A DNA stretch of 64,000 nt from a virus: IMG/VR virus record IMGVR_UViG_3300027763_000001, positions 30,462 to 94,461 of that record; one strand, written 5' to 3'. The notes beneath the pieces were generated by a model. The model was given only the letters and a program-made list of their open reading frames with translations. It ran no database searches and was not told the origin of the DNA. This document shows positions 63,433 through 64,000 of this stretch, piece by piece (the first letter of the stretch is position 1; every line of letters begins with the position of its first letter). The translations under genes were made by a program, and so were the position numbers.

Positions 63433-64000
63433 GTGCCGCTTCGCCTTGAGATCAACGGCCGGCGGCACTACCAGGTGGCTCCCGAGGTCTACGTCCCTTC
63501 GGTGACCACCGTCCTCGGGGCGACTGCTTCGCCAGCCAGCAAGAAGGCCCTGAACAACTGGCTGGAGAAGAACCCGGGCGGGCGGGAGGCCGCGGCCGAT
63601 CGCGGCACGGCCATTCACAAAGCCTGCGAGGACTACATTCGCGGTCGAGCTGTCTCAGTCCCCGCTGAGATCCGCTGCTACTGGGACGGACTGGCGGCCC
63701 ACCTCGACTCCTACGACAGCTTCATCTGGAGCGAGGTCCCCTTGCTCCCCCAGCACAGGCACCTGATCGATGCCGAGAGCGGTATCGCCATGGTGTACTC
63801 CCTCCAGTACCGCTACGCCGGCGTTCCTGACCTGATTGCCTTGCGTAACGGGGCGCACTTCCTGGTCGACTTCAAGACTTCCAGCAACCCCTACTGCCGG
63901 TTCTTTCCCAAGCAGGACGACGACACGATCGCTGCCGCCGGGGGGTCGTTCGGGGGGTGGATGAAATATCTCAAATGCGCCACCCAGCTGGCGGCCTACA
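63433..64000 (+). CDS. PD-(D/E)xK exonuclease, truncated by window edge
   Basis: Hand translation from GTG 63433: PSVTTVL...RGTAIHKACEDY...YAGVPDLIA...LVDFKTS...QLAAY. Absent from the ORF track. Confidence 0.85.
   Translation, partial: MPLRLEINGRRHYQVAPEVYVPSVTTVLGATASPASKKALNNWLEKNPGGREAAADRGTAIHKACEDYIRGRAVSVPAEIRCYWDGLAAHLDSYDSFIWSEVPLLPQHRHLIDAESGIAMVYSLQYRYAGVPDLIALRNGAHFLVDFKTSSNPYCRFFPKQDDDTIAAAGGSFGGWMKYLKCATQLAAY

Noticed and set aside
1-64000. tRNA/rRNA genes, integrase/att sites, photosynthesis AMGs
   Set aside because: None recognised by eye; lifestyle (temperate vs lytic) cannot be determined from this window. A tRNAscan-SE run would be needed to exclude tRNAs.

Overview
The whole window reads as part of a tailed dsDNA phage genome (Caudoviricetes). 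It is GC-rich and shows no host housekeeping context. A picocyanobacterial (Synechococcus/Cyanobium-type) host is inferred, not shown. Left arm (1-32.9 kb) is the late/virion region. On the minus strand are about 10 Gly/Ala/Gln-rich putative internal/ejected proteins, putative TerS, TerL, portal, scaffold, a lysozyme-like + peptidase M15A endolysin and the major capsid protein. A 15-kb plus-strand block splits this arm; it carries two degenerate LAGLIDADG-like genes and large tail-fibre/LamG proteins. An AT-rich non-coding divergence zone lies at 32.9-33.7 kb (candidate genome end, pac site or origin). The right arm (33.7-64 kb) is a dense plus-strand early/middle region of mostly small ORFs, plus three SSB-type proteins, a DEDDh exonuclease, Gp157, DUF932, a GHKL ATPase-HExxH fusion, Gp88, RtcB, a clamp-like protein, a DUF2829/Tad2-like protein and a PD-(D/E)xK nuclease. 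The most striking unexplained structures are: (1) an array of ~72-bp double-hairpin elements, alternating A/B types, each capping a different short ORF at the start of the early arm; (2) a shared late-promoter-like motif GTCTTAGA(C/T)T next to a tandem pair of catalytically eroded LAGLIDADG-like proteins; (3) a large putative ejectosome cluster with 11-residue repeats; (4) a three-way-junction RNA candidate at 63.2 kb. All family assignments come from motif recognition by eye; no database searches were run.
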